Assembly (NCBI GenBank): GCA_965226495.1
Contig: OZ245365.1
Span: 3,808,001 to 3,872,000 of the forward strand
Direction of reading: 5' to 3'
Length of the DNA stretch: 64,000 nucleotides
From: Candidatus Marinacidobacterales bacterium
Lineage (GTDB): Bacteria; Acidobacteriota; Vicinamibacteria; Marinacidobacterales; DATDRI01
The first letter of the stretch is position 1. Every line of letters begins with the position of its first letter. A program made the position numbers and the translations under genes. Positions 48,846 to 59,418 of this stretch are shown one piece after another. The notes under the pieces were generated by a model. It worked only from the letters and a program-made list of their open reading frames with translations, ran no database searches and was not told the origin of the DNA.

Positions 48846-49952
48846 ATGCGCTGGAAAGAAGTATCTGGAGGCAAGGTCGTCGCCTGGGCGGTCGCCTTGA
48901 CCTCGGGGCCGGCAACGCTCCTCCTGATGGAGATAGCCTTTCGGTATCCAGCACACACCGAGCGCCTCTACGGCGAGTGGCTCTACCCTCGCATCGCTAA
49001 TGTGCTGGGAGCAGTGAATGGACTGTTCCCGTTCTCGCTCGCTCAGTTGGCGGCTTTTTTCCTTTTAGTCGGAGGAATACTTTATTGGGTCTCGCGCAAA
49101 CGCCGAGGGGGGTCCAGGCTTGCCCGAGTCGGGCGTGCCGTTGCGGTCGTTTGGGCATTGGCCGGGATCATCGCCTTCTCATTCGTAACCTCGTGGGGAC
49201 TAAACTACGCGCGACCATCATTGGAGGAACGCTTGGAGCTGTCAACCCGGGACATCGGGCTCGAGGAAGTACTGGATGCCGGTAAACGGTGTGCCACGTT
49301 GGCCACCGAGCTTCACACTTCCCTCGAGCAACCTGGTGACGAACCGACCGTCTCACCTCTGGGTTTCGCTCGCCTGAACGAGCTCATCGACCTACGGCTC
49401 AAGGACCTTCGGCTCCCCGGCGATCGCATCAAGCCTCCCACCTCTCCGGCCAAGAAACTTTGGGGCTCGGGCGCCATGGCCTATCTCGGGCTCAGCGGCA
49501 TATTCATTGCCTTCACCGGGGAACCATCCATCAACTCGATCGTGCCCGACGCCTCGCTGCCCATCGTCGTCGCTCATGAAAAAGCACATCAACGCGGCAT
49601 TGCCAACGAGGGGGAAGCCAACCTGGTAGCTTTCATGGCGTGCTCGGGGGCATCGGACTCCGCGTACGTGTCTTACGCGGCCTACCTGTACGCGACCGGA
49701 CAGCTCCTCGGAGCAGCCTCGCAGCAATCGCAGGAAGAGGCAAAGTCAGCCTGGGCCGCACTCGGCCCTGGTCCACGGCGGGATCTCGTCGCGATACAGG
49801 AGTTCTGGGACCGCTATCATGGCCCGGCCGCTGAAGCCGCGGACAAAGTCAACGATGCCTATCTTCGTTCTTTCCGCGTGCCCGGGGGAGTTCACAGTTA
49901 TCGGAGAGTGGTTCAACTGCTAGTTGCCCTCGACCGCAAAGGAAAGCTTTAA
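48846..49952 (+). CDS. DUF3810 family membrane zincin-like protein
   Basis: WGLNYAR, FTGE, AHEKAHQRG, EGEAN. Confidence 0.85.
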   Translation: MRWKEVSGGKVVAWAVALTSGPATLLLMEIAFRYPAHTERLYGEWLYPRIANVLGAVNGLFPFSLAQLAAFFLLVGGILYWVSRKRRGGSRLARVGRAVAVVWALAGIIAFSFVTSWGLNYARPSLEERLELSTRDIGLEEVLDAGKRCATLATELHTSLEQPGDEPTVSPLGFARLNELIDLRLKDLRLPGDRIKPPTSPAKKLWGSGAMAYLGLSGIFIAFTGEPSINSIVPDASLPIVVAHEKAHQRGIANEGEANLVAFMACSGASDSAYVSYAAYLYATGQLLGAASQQSQEEAKSAWAALGPGPRRDLVAIQEFWDRYHGPAAEAADKVNDAYLRSFRVPGGVHSYRRVVQLLVALDRKGKL

Positions 49953-49963
49953 GGAACCCCGTT

Positions 49964-51205
49964 ATGTCCAATGTCGTCGTGATCGGCGCCGGTGTCATCG
50001 GACTCTCTTGCGCCTACGAGCTCGTGCGTAAGGGGGTGGACGTCACCGTTTTGGACAAAGGGCGGCTCGGCGAAGGCGCCGCTTGGGGAAGTGCCGGCTG
50101 GGTGACGCAGACGCTCTCCGCTCCTCTTCCCGCACCCGGGCTAGTGGGAACATCTCTCAAATGGATGCTGCGAAAGGACAGTCCCCTCTACATCAAGCCC
50201 TGGGCAGACGCCGGACTTCCGAAGTGGCTGTGGAACTTCTGGCGACACTGCAACCGGCGGGATCACGAGAACGGCCTCGAGGCGATGGCCGCCTTGACGC
50301 AGCGCACCATGACTTTGTACGACGACCTCGAGAAAGACGGGATCGAGTTCGAGATGGAGAGAACCGGAGTGCTCTTCGCTTTCACGACTGAAGAGGGACT
50401 GCACCACACTCTCGACGAACTGCGAGCGATGAAGAAATACGGTTACTCGACTCCGCCGGTGCTCGACGGCGACTCTGTTCGCGATGCGGAGCCCGCTCTT
50501 ACCAAAGCGGTCGTGGGGGGTATGTTGGTCGAGTCGGAGCGCCACGTGCGTCCGGAGCTCCTAACTACCGGCCTCTCCCGCCGGCTGGCGGAATCCAGTG
50601 CAGAACAGAGGGCGGGGACCGAAGTCACCGGCGTCAAGCGGCAAGGGTCGAGGGTGACCGCGGTCGTGACAACTGGTGGCGAGGTGCGGGGCGATCGTTT
50701 TCTCATTGCCGGTGGTGCCTGGTCCGCCTCGCTGGCCCAGATGGCCGGCTTCCACTTACCCGTTCAGTGCGGAAAAGGCTATAGCGTGACGATCAACGAG
50801 CCCGCGGTTCGGTTGCGGCGGCCGCTCTATCTTGGGGAAGCGAAATTGGGGGTCACACCCTTCCGGAACGCCCTCCGCATCGCGGGGACGATGGAGCTCG
50901 CCGGGATTAGCGAAGCGTTAGACCCTCGCCGCCTCGCCGCTATTCGCGCATCGGCGGATCAGTTTCTCGTCGGTTGGCGCCAGGGTAAGAGTGAGGACGA
51001 ATGGGCAGGCATGAGAGCCGTGACGCCGGACGGGCTCCCGGTCATCGGGCGAGCCCCCGGATACGACAATCTTTATGTCGCAACCGGTCACGGCATGCTC
51101 GGCGTCACGCTAGCGCCAGCCACCGGTGTTGCGATGGCAGAGCTCATCCACTCCGGCGAAACGGCCCTCGACTTGCGTCCCTTCGATCCGAATCGATTCT
51201 CTTAG
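49964..51205 (+). CDS. D-amino acid dehydrogenase (DadA-like FAD oxidoreductase)
   Basis: GAGVIG, GKGYS, RIAGTME, WAGMRAVTPDGLP, GHGMLG. Confidence 0.88.
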   Translation: MSNVVVIGAGVIGLSCAYELVRKGVDVTVLDKGRLGEGAAWGSAGWVTQTLSAPLPAPGLVGTSLKWMLRKDSPLYIKPWADAGLPKWLWNFWRHCNRRDHENGLEAMAALTQRTMTLYDDLEKDGIEFEMERTGVLFAFTTEEGLHHTLDELRAMKKYGYSTPPVLDGDSVRDAEPALTKAVVGGMLVESERHVRPELLTTGLSRRLAESSAEQRAGTEVTGVKRQGSRVTAVVTTGGEVRGDRFLIAGGAWSASLAQMAGFHLPVQCGKGYSVTINEPAVRLRRPLYLGEAKLGVTPFRNALRIAGTMELAGISEALDPRRLAAIRASADQFLVGWRQGKSEDEWAGMRAVTPDGLPVIGRAPGYDNLYVATGHGMLGVTLAPATGVAMAELIHSGETALDLRPFDPNRFS

Positions 51206-52320
51206 CGAGAGGATTTCAATAGTCGAGCCACCCCAAAAATGAACAGAGGTAGCGCAAAGAGAAGAATGAACGCGTAGGCCATCGCCCCATACCCTTTAGC
51301 CACCAACGCGATGATGCCGATCCGAGAGAGCACCGCGGCTGCCAAGAGCAAACCGACCGTCACCACCACAATCTGTCTCGCCGTAAGCGCATTGCGGCCC
51401 GATTCCTCGAGACTGACCGAGACCCGATCCGTCACCGCATGGATGAGCCCGGTACTCGTCTCGATCAAAGTCCATAGCACGACCAAAGCGTAGACGGTGA
51501 TGACGCCTGTCCCCGAAACTTGCCTCAACATCGCGAGCCAAGGCACGGGAGCCCCCAGCACCTGCTCTTCTGGATAGAACCCCATCACCGCGAAGTAAGT
51601 GAGTGCAAACGGTACCGTCGCTAGAATGCCGCTGATCAATCCGGCACCGAACGCTTGGCGTCGCTCGGTCTGGCGATCGAGCACGAAGAGACAGCTCGGT
51701 ATCACCGCCAAACAGTACCCGACGTAGAGCACCCCGGAAAACACAGCCGATCCGAGCGTCGCCCCTTCGACGAACGAGGTGTCGCGCATCGCGAACGCTC
51801 CCTCCATGTGATCCCAGGTCGACGCGAGGACGACACCACTGAAGACTAAGTAACCGGCATAAAGGAAGACCGTCCCCACGGTTTTGAATCGTTCGATGGC
51901 GTGCCGGCCCCAAAAGTTCAGAAGCCCCACCAGGGCGATGACGAGCATCACCCCCGCCCAATGAGGCCAGCCTAAGACCTCCTCCACCACGCCCCCCGAC
52001 GCAGCGCTCACGACGGCGATGACCACGATCACCATCACCAGGAAAAGTGCGTCGAAGATCGGCCACAGTGGGCCGATGAGAGATTTTACGAACGTTCGAT
52101 AGTCGTAGGCGCGATTGAGCCTGGCGAACTCGTAGGTCAAGCTCACGAAAATTGTAAAGCCGGCGAAGATCGCGGCCACGCTCCAAATACCGAGCGAGCC
52201 GAACTTCGCTCCGTACTCCACGATCTCTCGCCCCGTCGCATAGGCACCGCCGATGAGGACGGATTGAAAGATGATTCCAGGAAGAATGTATTGCTCGAAA
52301 CGGGTCTTTAGGGAGCTCAC
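51202..52320 (-). CDS. YkvI-like membrane protein
   Basis: SVLIGGAYATGREIVEY, TLIET, IIALVAKGYG. Confidence 0.85.
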   Translation of the reverse strand: MSSLKTRFEQYILPGIIFQSVLIGGAYATGREIVEYGAKFGSLGIWSVAAIFAGFTIFVSLTYEFARLNRAYDYRTFVKSLIGPLWPIFDALFLVMVIVVIAVVSAASGGVVEEVLGWPHWAGVMLVIALVGLLNFWGRHAIERFKTVGTVFLYAGYLVFSGVVLASTWDHMEGAFAMRDTSFVEGATLGSAVFSGVLYVGYCLAVIPSCLFVLDRQTERRQAFGAGLISGILATVPFALTYFAVMGFYPEEQVLGAPVPWLAMLRQVSGTGVITVYALVVLWTLIETSTGLIHAVTDRVSVSLEESGRNALTARQIVVVTVGLLLAAAVLSRIGIIALVAKGYGAMAYAFILLFALPLFIFGVARLLKSSR

Positions 52321-52342
52321 CGGCGGCGTCGGTTTCCAAGCT

Positions 52343-52996
52343 TCAATAAACCCACGGGATCAGCCGCCGGGTCTTCGAGCTGTATTCTTGATAGAGGGAT
52401 CCGTACTGCTCCCGCATATGCAACTCCTCGCGATGGATCCTCCTGAGGATCAGCACCACCCACGCGATTGATAGGAGCCATCCAATGATGCTGGCGAAAA
52501 GGAGCGAGAAGGCGATGCGGCTGGCCACAACGCCGGTATAGCGAGGGTGCCGCACCAGACCATAGGGGCCGGAGGTAATGATCCGGCTGCCGATCTCGGA
52601 ATGCCCGAAGTGCTCCCGCAAGTACTTGTCGGTCCATAGAAGCCACAACGGGGTCACGGCCCAAATGACGAGGCCGGTCGACTGAAGAACCGGGCTCGCC
52701 AACTCGGGGAGCAAATGCCAATGCCCGTAGTCCAAGAAAACCGCCAGCTCCGCGAGGGTGAGCGGTATGACCCATTGGTGAAGGCCGGGATCATAGGTGT
52801 TGCCCAGCGCCTCATCTTGGAGCTCCTTCGTGGCGCTCACGCTCTTCAAGAATGTTCGGTTCTCGAAGAACCAAAGCGGTGCGAGGGCGAAAAACCCTCC
52901 CGAGAAGAGATCGATCCGGGAAGCCGGCTCTGGGCTCCCCCACTGCCAGAGGCACGCCCCTGCCGCTGCCAGATACACCGCGAAAAAGGTCCACAC
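52343..52996 (-). CDS. ICMT/PEMT family membrane methyltransferase
   Basis: ITSGPYGLVRHPRY, RIHREE, YQEY...RLIPWVY; GTG 52996 after AAGGAGG. Confidence 0.85.
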   Translation of the reverse strand: MWTFFAVYLAAAGACLWQWGSPEPASRIDLFSGGFFALAPLWFFENRTFLKSVSATKELQDEALGNTYDPGLHQWVIPLTLAELAVFLDYGHWHLLPELASPVLQSTGLVIWAVTPLWLLWTDKYLREHFGHSEIGSRIITSGPYGLVRHPRYTGVVASRIAFSLLFASIIGWLLSIAWVVLILRRIHREELHMREQYGSLYQEYSSKTRRLIPWVY

Positions 52997-53104
52997 CCTG
53001 CCTCCTTGAATACTGCAGCCGCTTCCGGGTTTCAACCTCTTCGGGATGGCGGCCTCGATAGCACCTGTGCTAGATTCTGCCCCTCGGATTACGGAGGTGT
53101 GCCC

Positions 53105-54975
53105 ATGAAATGCTTTGGAAATCCTCGCTTCTCGCTCCCTGCAAGCCTATTGTTCACTTTAGCTTGCTCCGTCGTCGTTGCCCAAGAGGCAGGCCAACGC
53201 TAATTCGGAGGCACCTATGACCTGCTGGAGCCCGAGCAACGCCGCCTTATCGACGACTGGGTCCGCCGCTTCAACGAGGTCACCGAACGCGACACTCCTC
53301 CTGATGTCTTGTACAACGTGATCCGGCTCTCCACCCGCACGACGTTCGACGCGGTGACCCATGCTCTGATGACGACGACGCTGTCTGACGAGTCTGGCCA
53401 ATCGCTAGGTACGGCTCTCGATCTCATTGACTACATGGAGACGATCAAGGGCAAGATCAAGGGAGAAAGAGGCGACCGACAGTTTCGTATGTATGCCGTA
53501 TTGAAGCCGGACGCCAGGGAAGTTCTCAAGAAGAGTCAGGAATTCAAGCGTGGCGCCGACAACACGATTTATCACAAGGGATACCCCGTCAATTTCCGCC
53601 AATCGGGGACCGTTCCTTCGATCCAGATCTCCATGCCGCGAGAGGGAAGCCGCGCCGACATCGATGTCGACTACCGCTCCTCCGGATTCCCTGGGGCACT
53701 CTTCAACAGCCACTTGAGTGCCACCAACTCCGACGTGCGTGCCGGGAACAACCATGAACGTCACGTGAACCGCTGGGGAGACGGCCTCGACAACTGGTGG
53801 CGAGGCATCTTCGGAGTGTCCGTACGCGCGAGCAAAGACGATGTGGGCGAAGAAATCATCCCCGAGCGGCCGCCGGCCGGCAAGCTCAAATTACAGTCGG
53901 CGGTCCACGATTTTCTCAACCTCTGGTTGGTAGAAGGGGCGGCCAACGTAGCGATGAGCTACATCTCCGAGCGTACGTACGAGTGCCTGCAGCTCGAGCA
54001 AGAAACGCCACTCGATCGTGGGATGGCACCCATCATGCTTCTGAGAGGAATGGGAGCGGTGCACGAAGCTCTGGGCGACGTATCAAGCTTGGATGACGCC
54101 GCGGTGGGTGTGCGCCTCAACAACCCCGACCTAAAGGTGGTCGAGAACAAACACCACGCCCAGTTCGTCTTGTATGACGTCCCCACCGCCGTCGCAGCCA
54201 GCTTCGAGTGTATCAACCGAACGGAGGCGGTCGCGCAAACATCTGAAAATACCGACCGGCGCTACGGAGAGTACTACGGCTCCATCTTCTACATCGGAGG
54301 TCCGGTGCGCGGCGAGACCGTCGCCCTCCTCTGGGCCAAAGAAAATGGCTATTGGAAGATCATCTCCTACGAGACCGAGGTCGAGGGGGAGGATCCGAAC
54401 CTACCAGACATCCGGCCTACCGAGTCGTTCGAAATCAAGCGCACCGAGGGCGACCCTAGATTGATCACGGTCGCCGAAGACTTCCACCGCACGTGGCTTA
54501 TCGACAAGAATGCAAAGCGAGCACACGAATTTCTTTCACCGCGCGCCTACTCTTGTTACAACTTTTTCCGAACTGCCGAACGGCCCGAAGCCCAATCAAC
54601 CGAGGAGGCGCGTCGATTTATTCTCGAAGGACTGGAGCGCGTCACACGCGACGTGCCGGATGCCTCTAGCTTGAACGAGATCATCGAAGGAGTCGAAGCC
54701 GTCGATCCACAACTCTTGCTCGTCGCTCATCCTGAGGAGAGCGCTTTCGCGCTGGTTGCGGGCCCGAACAACCTCGGCGAGGGAGCCGATTGCGCCAGGC
54801 GGGCGCGGGTGAGGAAGTCCAGGATGACCAAACCGACCTTCGGGATTACGGCAATTACTTCGCGACTGGCTTCCGGTTCAAGGTAGAGAAAGGTGAAGGC
54901 GCGACCTTGGCCCTGGTCTGGGCGAAGGAAGGAGGCGAGTGGAAGATCGTCACCTATGACGTCAAGACGCCCTGA
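53105..54975 (+). pseudogene. Secreted hypothetical protein with internal domain duplication, disrupted
   Basis: Signal peptide, in-frame TAA 53201-53203, long open frame, 1-nt frameshift near 54808 restoring a second LxWAKExGxWKI repeat. Confidence 0.75.
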
Positions 54976-55008
54976 TTAGTAGCCGACTCGAGTAGAATGG
55001 CCGCGATC

Positions 55009-56487
55009 TTATTCTAAGTAGCCTTCGAAACGCTCGCAGAGATCGACCATCATCTTGAGCCCGAAGCCAGTGGCACCTGCCCCGTAATACTTCCAGTTCT
55101 TCTCCAGCAAGAAGGGCCCGGCGATGTCCAAGTGGGCCCAGGGGGTTCCCTCCGGCACGAACTCCCGCAGGAAGAGCGCCGCGGTGATCGTGCCCGCCAG
55201 CTTGCCGCCGATGTTGTTGAGATCGGCGTAGGGCGTTTTGAGCATCTCCTTGTACTCTTCCACCATCGGGAGCTCCCAAAACATCTCGCCTTGCTGCTCG
55301 CCGGAACGAATTACGGCCTGAATCAGATCCCGGTCGTTCCCCATGATTCCGGCAACTGACTCTCCGAGTGCACGGACCACAGAGCCAGTGAGGGTCGCGA
55401 TGTCGATGACATGAGTGGCTCCTTCCTCGACAGCACGCGCCAATCCATCGATGAGGACCAAGCGTCCTTCGGCATCGGTGTTGTCCACCATCACCGACTT
55501 GCCGTTCTTAGCGATGAAGATATCGCCCGGCCTCAGAGCGCGCGGACCGGGAAAGTTCTCGGCGGACGGCACGATGCCGGTAACCCGCACCGACGGCTTC
55601 AACCGTCCTATCGCGGCCATGGCATAGATCACCGCCGCTCCACCGGCCATGTCCCCCTTCATAGTGAACATGCCCTCGGGTGGTTTCAGTGAAATGCCAC
55701 CGGTATCGAACGTGATTCCTTTGCCCACCAAGGCGACATGGTGTTTACTCTTCCGGCCTGGTTCGTAACGAAGAATGATCATCCGCGGAGGCCGAATACT
55801 TCCCTTGCCTACCGCAATCAAACCGCGGTACTCCTGTTTCTCCAATTGCTTTTCATTGAGGACGGTACACTTGAGCTTGCTCTGCGAGGCGACTCTCTTG
55901 GCGAGCCGGGCTAGCGTCTCCGGATAGATGACCGCCCCGGGCTCGTTCACAACGTCGCGACAGCGGTTCGCTTCTTCCGAGACGATGGTGTAGCGACGGA
56001 GTTCCTCATCCGCACGGACGCCATCTTCGGAACGCACGACAATAGACACCGTAGTCTCGTCCTTCGTTTTCTTCTTCTTGTACTTATCGAAGCGATATCC
56101 TCCCAGCAGGTATCCCTCGACCACTTTTCCAACAAACGGTGCACCGTCCGCGGCACTCAGCAGAAATGCGATCCGGTCCAGCCCGTAGCCTTTCGCATAA
56201 CCCAGCGACTTGGCCGCGAAGATCTTCAGGTTCTCTTGGAAGTCATAGTTTTTGGACAATGTGGTGGAATAAACCAATAGGTTTTTGATCGGTGACCGTC
56301 CAGAAAAAGAGTGGAAGAACTCACGCTTCTGTCGCCCCTCTTTGAAGCCACGCTGCGCGGCTTGCAAAACCCGTCGCAGCTCGGGTTGATCCACTTTGCA
56401 TAGGGTCTTGTCGGGATCCAGCACCGCCACAGCCAGATCCGCTTTCACTCGAGAAGGCGGTTGTGTCACAACGGTTAGCTTCATCAT
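55009..56487 (-). CDS. pepA: Leucyl aminopeptidase (M17)
   Basis: VGKGITFDTGG, MKGDMAG, NTDAEGRL, ATLTG, WAHLDIAG. Confidence 0.95.
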   Translation of the reverse strand: MMKLTVVTQPPSRVKADLAVAVLDPDKTLCKVDQPELRRVLQAAQRGFKEGRQKREFFHSFSGRSPIKNLLVYSTTLSKNYDFQENLKIFAAKSLGYAKGYGLDRIAFLLSAADGAPFVGKVVEGYLLGGYRFDKYKKKKTKDETTVSIVVRSEDGVRADEELRRYTIVSEEANRCRDVVNEPGAVIYPETLARLAKRVASQSKLKCTVLNEKQLEKQEYRGLIAVGKGSIRPPRMIILRYEPGRKSKHHVALVGKGITFDTGGISLKPPEGMFTMKGDMAGGAAVIYAMAAIGRLKPSVRVTGIVPSAENFPGPRALRPGDIFIAKNGKSVMVDNTDAEGRLVLIDGLARAVEEGATHVIDIATLTGSVVRALGESVAGIMGNDRDLIQAVIRSGEQQGEMFWELPMVEEYKEMLKTPYADLNNIGGKLAGTITAALFLREFVPEGTPWAHLDIAGPFLLEKNWKYYGAGATGFGLKMMVDLCERFEGYLE

Positions 56488-56490
56488 CTA

Positions 56491-58494
56491 TCAGGCCTCT
56501 TCTTCGTATTTTTCCTTGAGTTTCTCTACGACCGCCGGATCGGCGAGCGTCGTGGTGTCGCCCAGGGTCTTTCCCTCGGCAATGTCTTTGAGCAACCGTC
56601 GCATGATCTTGCCGGAACGAGTCTTAGGAAGATCTGCCGCGAAGATGATGTCATCCGGACGAGCGATGGCGCCGATTTTCTTGACCACGTGCTCTTTGAG
56701 GTCGTCGATCAAAGCGTCGCTCGGCTCCACGCCCTGCTTCAGGGTCACGAAAGCGGCGATGCCTTCCCCTTTGATCTCGTGCGACCGGCCAACGACGGCT
56801 GCCTCGGCCACATCCTGGAAGTCCACCAAGGCGCTCTCGACCTCCATGGTCCCAATGCGATGGCCGGCCACGTTTAGCACGTCGTCCACGCGACCCAATA
56901 TCCAAAAGTATCCATCCTCGTCTCGCTTGGCTCCATCACCCGGAAAATACGTGTCCTTCGACCACTTGCTCCAATACTGTTTCGCATAGCGATCGGGATC
57001 GCCATAGATGCCACGAAGCATCGCAGGCCAGGGCGACTTGATCGCCAAGAACCCGCCGCCCACTTCGGTCGACTCTCCCTGTTCGTTCAAGATATCCGCC
57101 TCGATCCCCGGAAACGGGCGCGTCGCCGAACCAGGTTTCAAGGTCGTCACACCGGGCAGCGGAGTGATCAAAATCATGCCGGTCTCGGTTTGCCACCAGG
57201 TGTCGACGATGGGACACTTCCCTCCTCCGACGTTCTCGTGGTACCAGATCCAGGCCTCCGGATTGATCGGCTCACCGACCGTACCCAGCAGCCTGAGAGA
57301 AGACAGATCGTGCTTGGCCGTCCATTCGGTTCCCCATTTCATGAAAGCCCGAATGACAGTCGGCGCGGTGTAGAAAACGGTCACCCCGTACTTCTCGACG
57401 ATAGTCCAGAAACGATCGTTCTCCGGCCAGTTCGGAGCGCCCTCGTACATGACGCCGGTAACTCCCAGCGCAAGCGGGCCGTAAACCAGGTAACTGTGCC
57501 CGGTTACCCATCCGATGTCTGCCGTGCACCACCAGACATCCTCTTCTTTGAGATCGAAGACGAATTTGGTGGTGGTGTACACACCGGTGAGATAACCACC
57601 CGTTGTATGCACGATGCCTTTGGGCTTACCGGTGGTGCCCGACGTATACAGAATGTAGAGCATATCCTCGGCGTCCATCTCCTCGGGCTCGCACCGGTCA
57701 CCGGCTTCTTTCATGAGATCGTGCCACCACAGGTCCCGCCCCTTCTGGAAATTGATCTCGAAATTGCCACGGTTTACGACCACCACGTTCTCGACCGAAG
57801 GCGTTCCATCCACAGCTTCGTCCGCCATCTCCTTGAGAGGAATCACGCTCCCGCGACGATATCCACCGTCGGCGGTGATCACTAGCTTGGCCTGGGCGTC
57901 ATTGATGCGATCGCGAAGCGACTCGGCGCTGAATCCCCCGAAGACGACACTGTGGACGGCACCCACTCGCGTACAGGCGAGCATTGCAATGGGAAGCTCC
58001 GGAATCATGGGTAGATAAATGGCCACCCGATCTCCCTTTCCAACGCCCAGTTTCCTTAGGACGTTGGCAAAGCGATTGACCTCCCGATAGAGATCCCAAT
58101 AGGTCAGCGTTCGTGTATCACCAGGCTCACCTTCCCAGATGAGCGCCGCCTTGTTTCGGCGCCAAGTTCTGACATGTCGATCGAGGCAGTTCACGCTCAC
58201 GTTGAGCTTTCCGTCCACGAACCATCGTGCGTTGGGGGGCTCCCACTCCAAAACCTTGCTCCATGGTTTCATCCACTCGAGCTCGCCCGCCATGCGGGCC
58301 CAGAAACCCTCCCGATCCTCGGCCGCCTCGCGGTAAACCGACTCGTTCCCAATGGTCGCCTTCTCTCGGAAGGAATCGGCCGGGGCGAAGCGACGCCCCT
58401 CCTGGAGCAGGGTTTCGATCTCCATTGACGGGTCGTTCGTGCCAGCCTTGCCAGGCTTGTCAGGCTTGTCAGGTTTGTCAGGTTTGTCAGGCAT
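56491..58494 (-). CDS. acs: Acetyl-CoA synthetase
   Basis: [49 protein letters not shown]. Confidence 0.97.
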   Translation of the reverse strand: MPDKPDKPDKPDKPGKAGTNDPSMEIETLLQEGRRFAPADSFREKATIGNESVYREAAEDREGFWARMAGELEWMKPWSKVLEWEPPNARWFVDGKLNVSVNCLDRHVRTWRRNKAALIWEGEPGDTRTLTYWDLYREVNRFANVLRKLGVGKGDRVAIYLPMIPELPIAMLACTRVGAVHSVVFGGFSAESLRDRINDAQAKLVITADGGYRRGSVIPLKEMADEAVDGTPSVENVVVVNRGNFEINFQKGRDLWWHDLMKEAGDRCEPEEMDAEDMLYILYTSGTTGKPKGIVHTTGGYLTGVYTTTKFVFDLKEEDVWWCTADIGWVTGHSYLVYGPLALGVTGVMYEGAPNWPENDRFWTIVEKYGVTVFYTAPTVIRAFMKWGTEWTAKHDLSSLRLLGTVGEPINPEAWIWYHENVGGGKCPIVDTWWQTETGMILITPLPGVTTLKPGSATRPFPGIEADILNEQGESTEVGGGFLAIKSPWPAMLRGIYGDPDRYAKQYWSKWSKDTYFPGDGAKRDEDGYFWILGRVDDVLNVAGHRIGTMEVESALVDFQDVAEAAVVGRSHEIKGEGIAAFVTLKQGVEPSDALIDDLKEHVVKKIGAIARPDDIIFAADLPKTRSGKIMRRLLKDIAEGKTLGDTTTLADPAVVEKLKEKYEEEA
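58447..58491 (-). repeat. 9-bp tandem repeat x5 in acs 5' end
   Basis: Plus strand cttgccagg, cttgtcagg x2, tttgtcagg x2; encodes (PDK)4PGK. Confidence 0.95.
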
Positions 58495-58644
58495 ACCAGA
58501 GCCTCCCTAAGAGTTGCTGGTTGGTCATCTTATGACAACCAAGCATGCCAAGGCCAGTTGCGTCGGTATCCGGCCGCGGGCGCCGAAACCCTTGTCGTGC
58601 CACGCTTTCGAGTTGAAAAGAAACGCCAGCCTCACCGACGACCA

Positions 58645-58662
58645 ACGTGATGACCATCACGT
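58645..58662. promoter_or_regulatory. CRP/FNR-like palindromic site upstream of acs
   Basis: acGTGAtg-ac-caTCACgt, perfect 8-bp inverted repeat with GTGA-N6-TCAC core. Confidence 0.5.
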
Positions 58663-58760
58663 CGCGGTCCGGGCAGCAACTTTTCGAAAGGTCGAAAATG
58701 AACTATAATTTAGTTAATCAATTATCCAATTAAATAACCAAGGTTGGGGAACGCGCCGGA

Positions 58761-59411
58761 ATGCTGAACCTATCCCTATTGGTCTGGCTGTTGTGGTCTC
58801 CACTTCAGCCCAGCGACGGAAGCCTCCTGGGTGGAGCCTTCGAGAATCGACGACTCCACCTTCGTGTGCGACCGCCCGTGGGCTGGACGATCGTGAGTGC
58901 AGGGACGACAGAAGACGAGCCGATCGAGCTCTGGAAAGAGGGTGAAAACGGGCCTCGAATCCAGATCACGTCGTACCCCTACCAGATTTCCGATGGCTCC
59001 GACATCGACAAGGTTCAAGCGGAGCTCAGCGAAGCTCTCAAGCGAAAGTTCCCCAATCTACGTATGGATCAGGAGACGAAACTGATCCACCAGGGAAATC
59101 CCGCCATCGAAGTCATGGCGACCCTTCCCGTCGACGACACTTACTACCACGTCATTCAGCGTTGCCTCTTCGCTCGTGGACGCATCTTCATCATTACCTG
59201 TGCCTCGTTCGAATCATCGTTTCTTTCCGACCTCGGCAGCTTTCGAGCCTGCCTGGACAGTCTCGAGGTCCTCGGCGAGATCTTCGAGTCCGGTACGCCC
59301 GGCGACAGCGTTCCCCTCGTCACCTCTAGCACCGTCGGGTTCTTGGGCTTCGGATTCCTGGCGTTCGGCTTTTTCCTTCGCCGCTTCTCGGTTAACCGCA
59401 TCGGACGCTGA
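58761..59411 (+). CDS. Exported PsbP/DcrB-like protein with C-terminal TM anchor
   Basis: Hydrophobic N-terminus, RPPVGW, C-terminal VGFLGFGFLAFGFFL followed by RR. Confidence 0.65.
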   Translation: MLNLSLLVWLLWSPLQPSDGSLLGGAFENRRLHLRVRPPVGWTIVSAGTTEDEPIELWKEGENGPRIQITSYPYQISDGSDIDKVQAELSEALKRKFPNLRMDQETKLIHQGNPAIEVMATLPVDDTYYHVIQRCLFARGRIFIITCASFESSFLSDLGSFRACLDSLEVLGEIFESGTPGDSVPLVTSSTVGFLGFGFLAFGFFLRRFSVNRIGR

Positions 59412-59418
59412 CAGACTA

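Noticed and set aside
10884-53203. Stop-codon recoding suggested by in-frame TAG/TAA in three genes
   Set aside because: Both TAG and TAA are involved, the same genes also have frameshifts, and many intact genes end in TAG or TAA
58532-58552. Sigma-54 promoter upstream of acs (TGGCAT on minus strand)
   Set aside because: The -12 GC is missing at the required spacing
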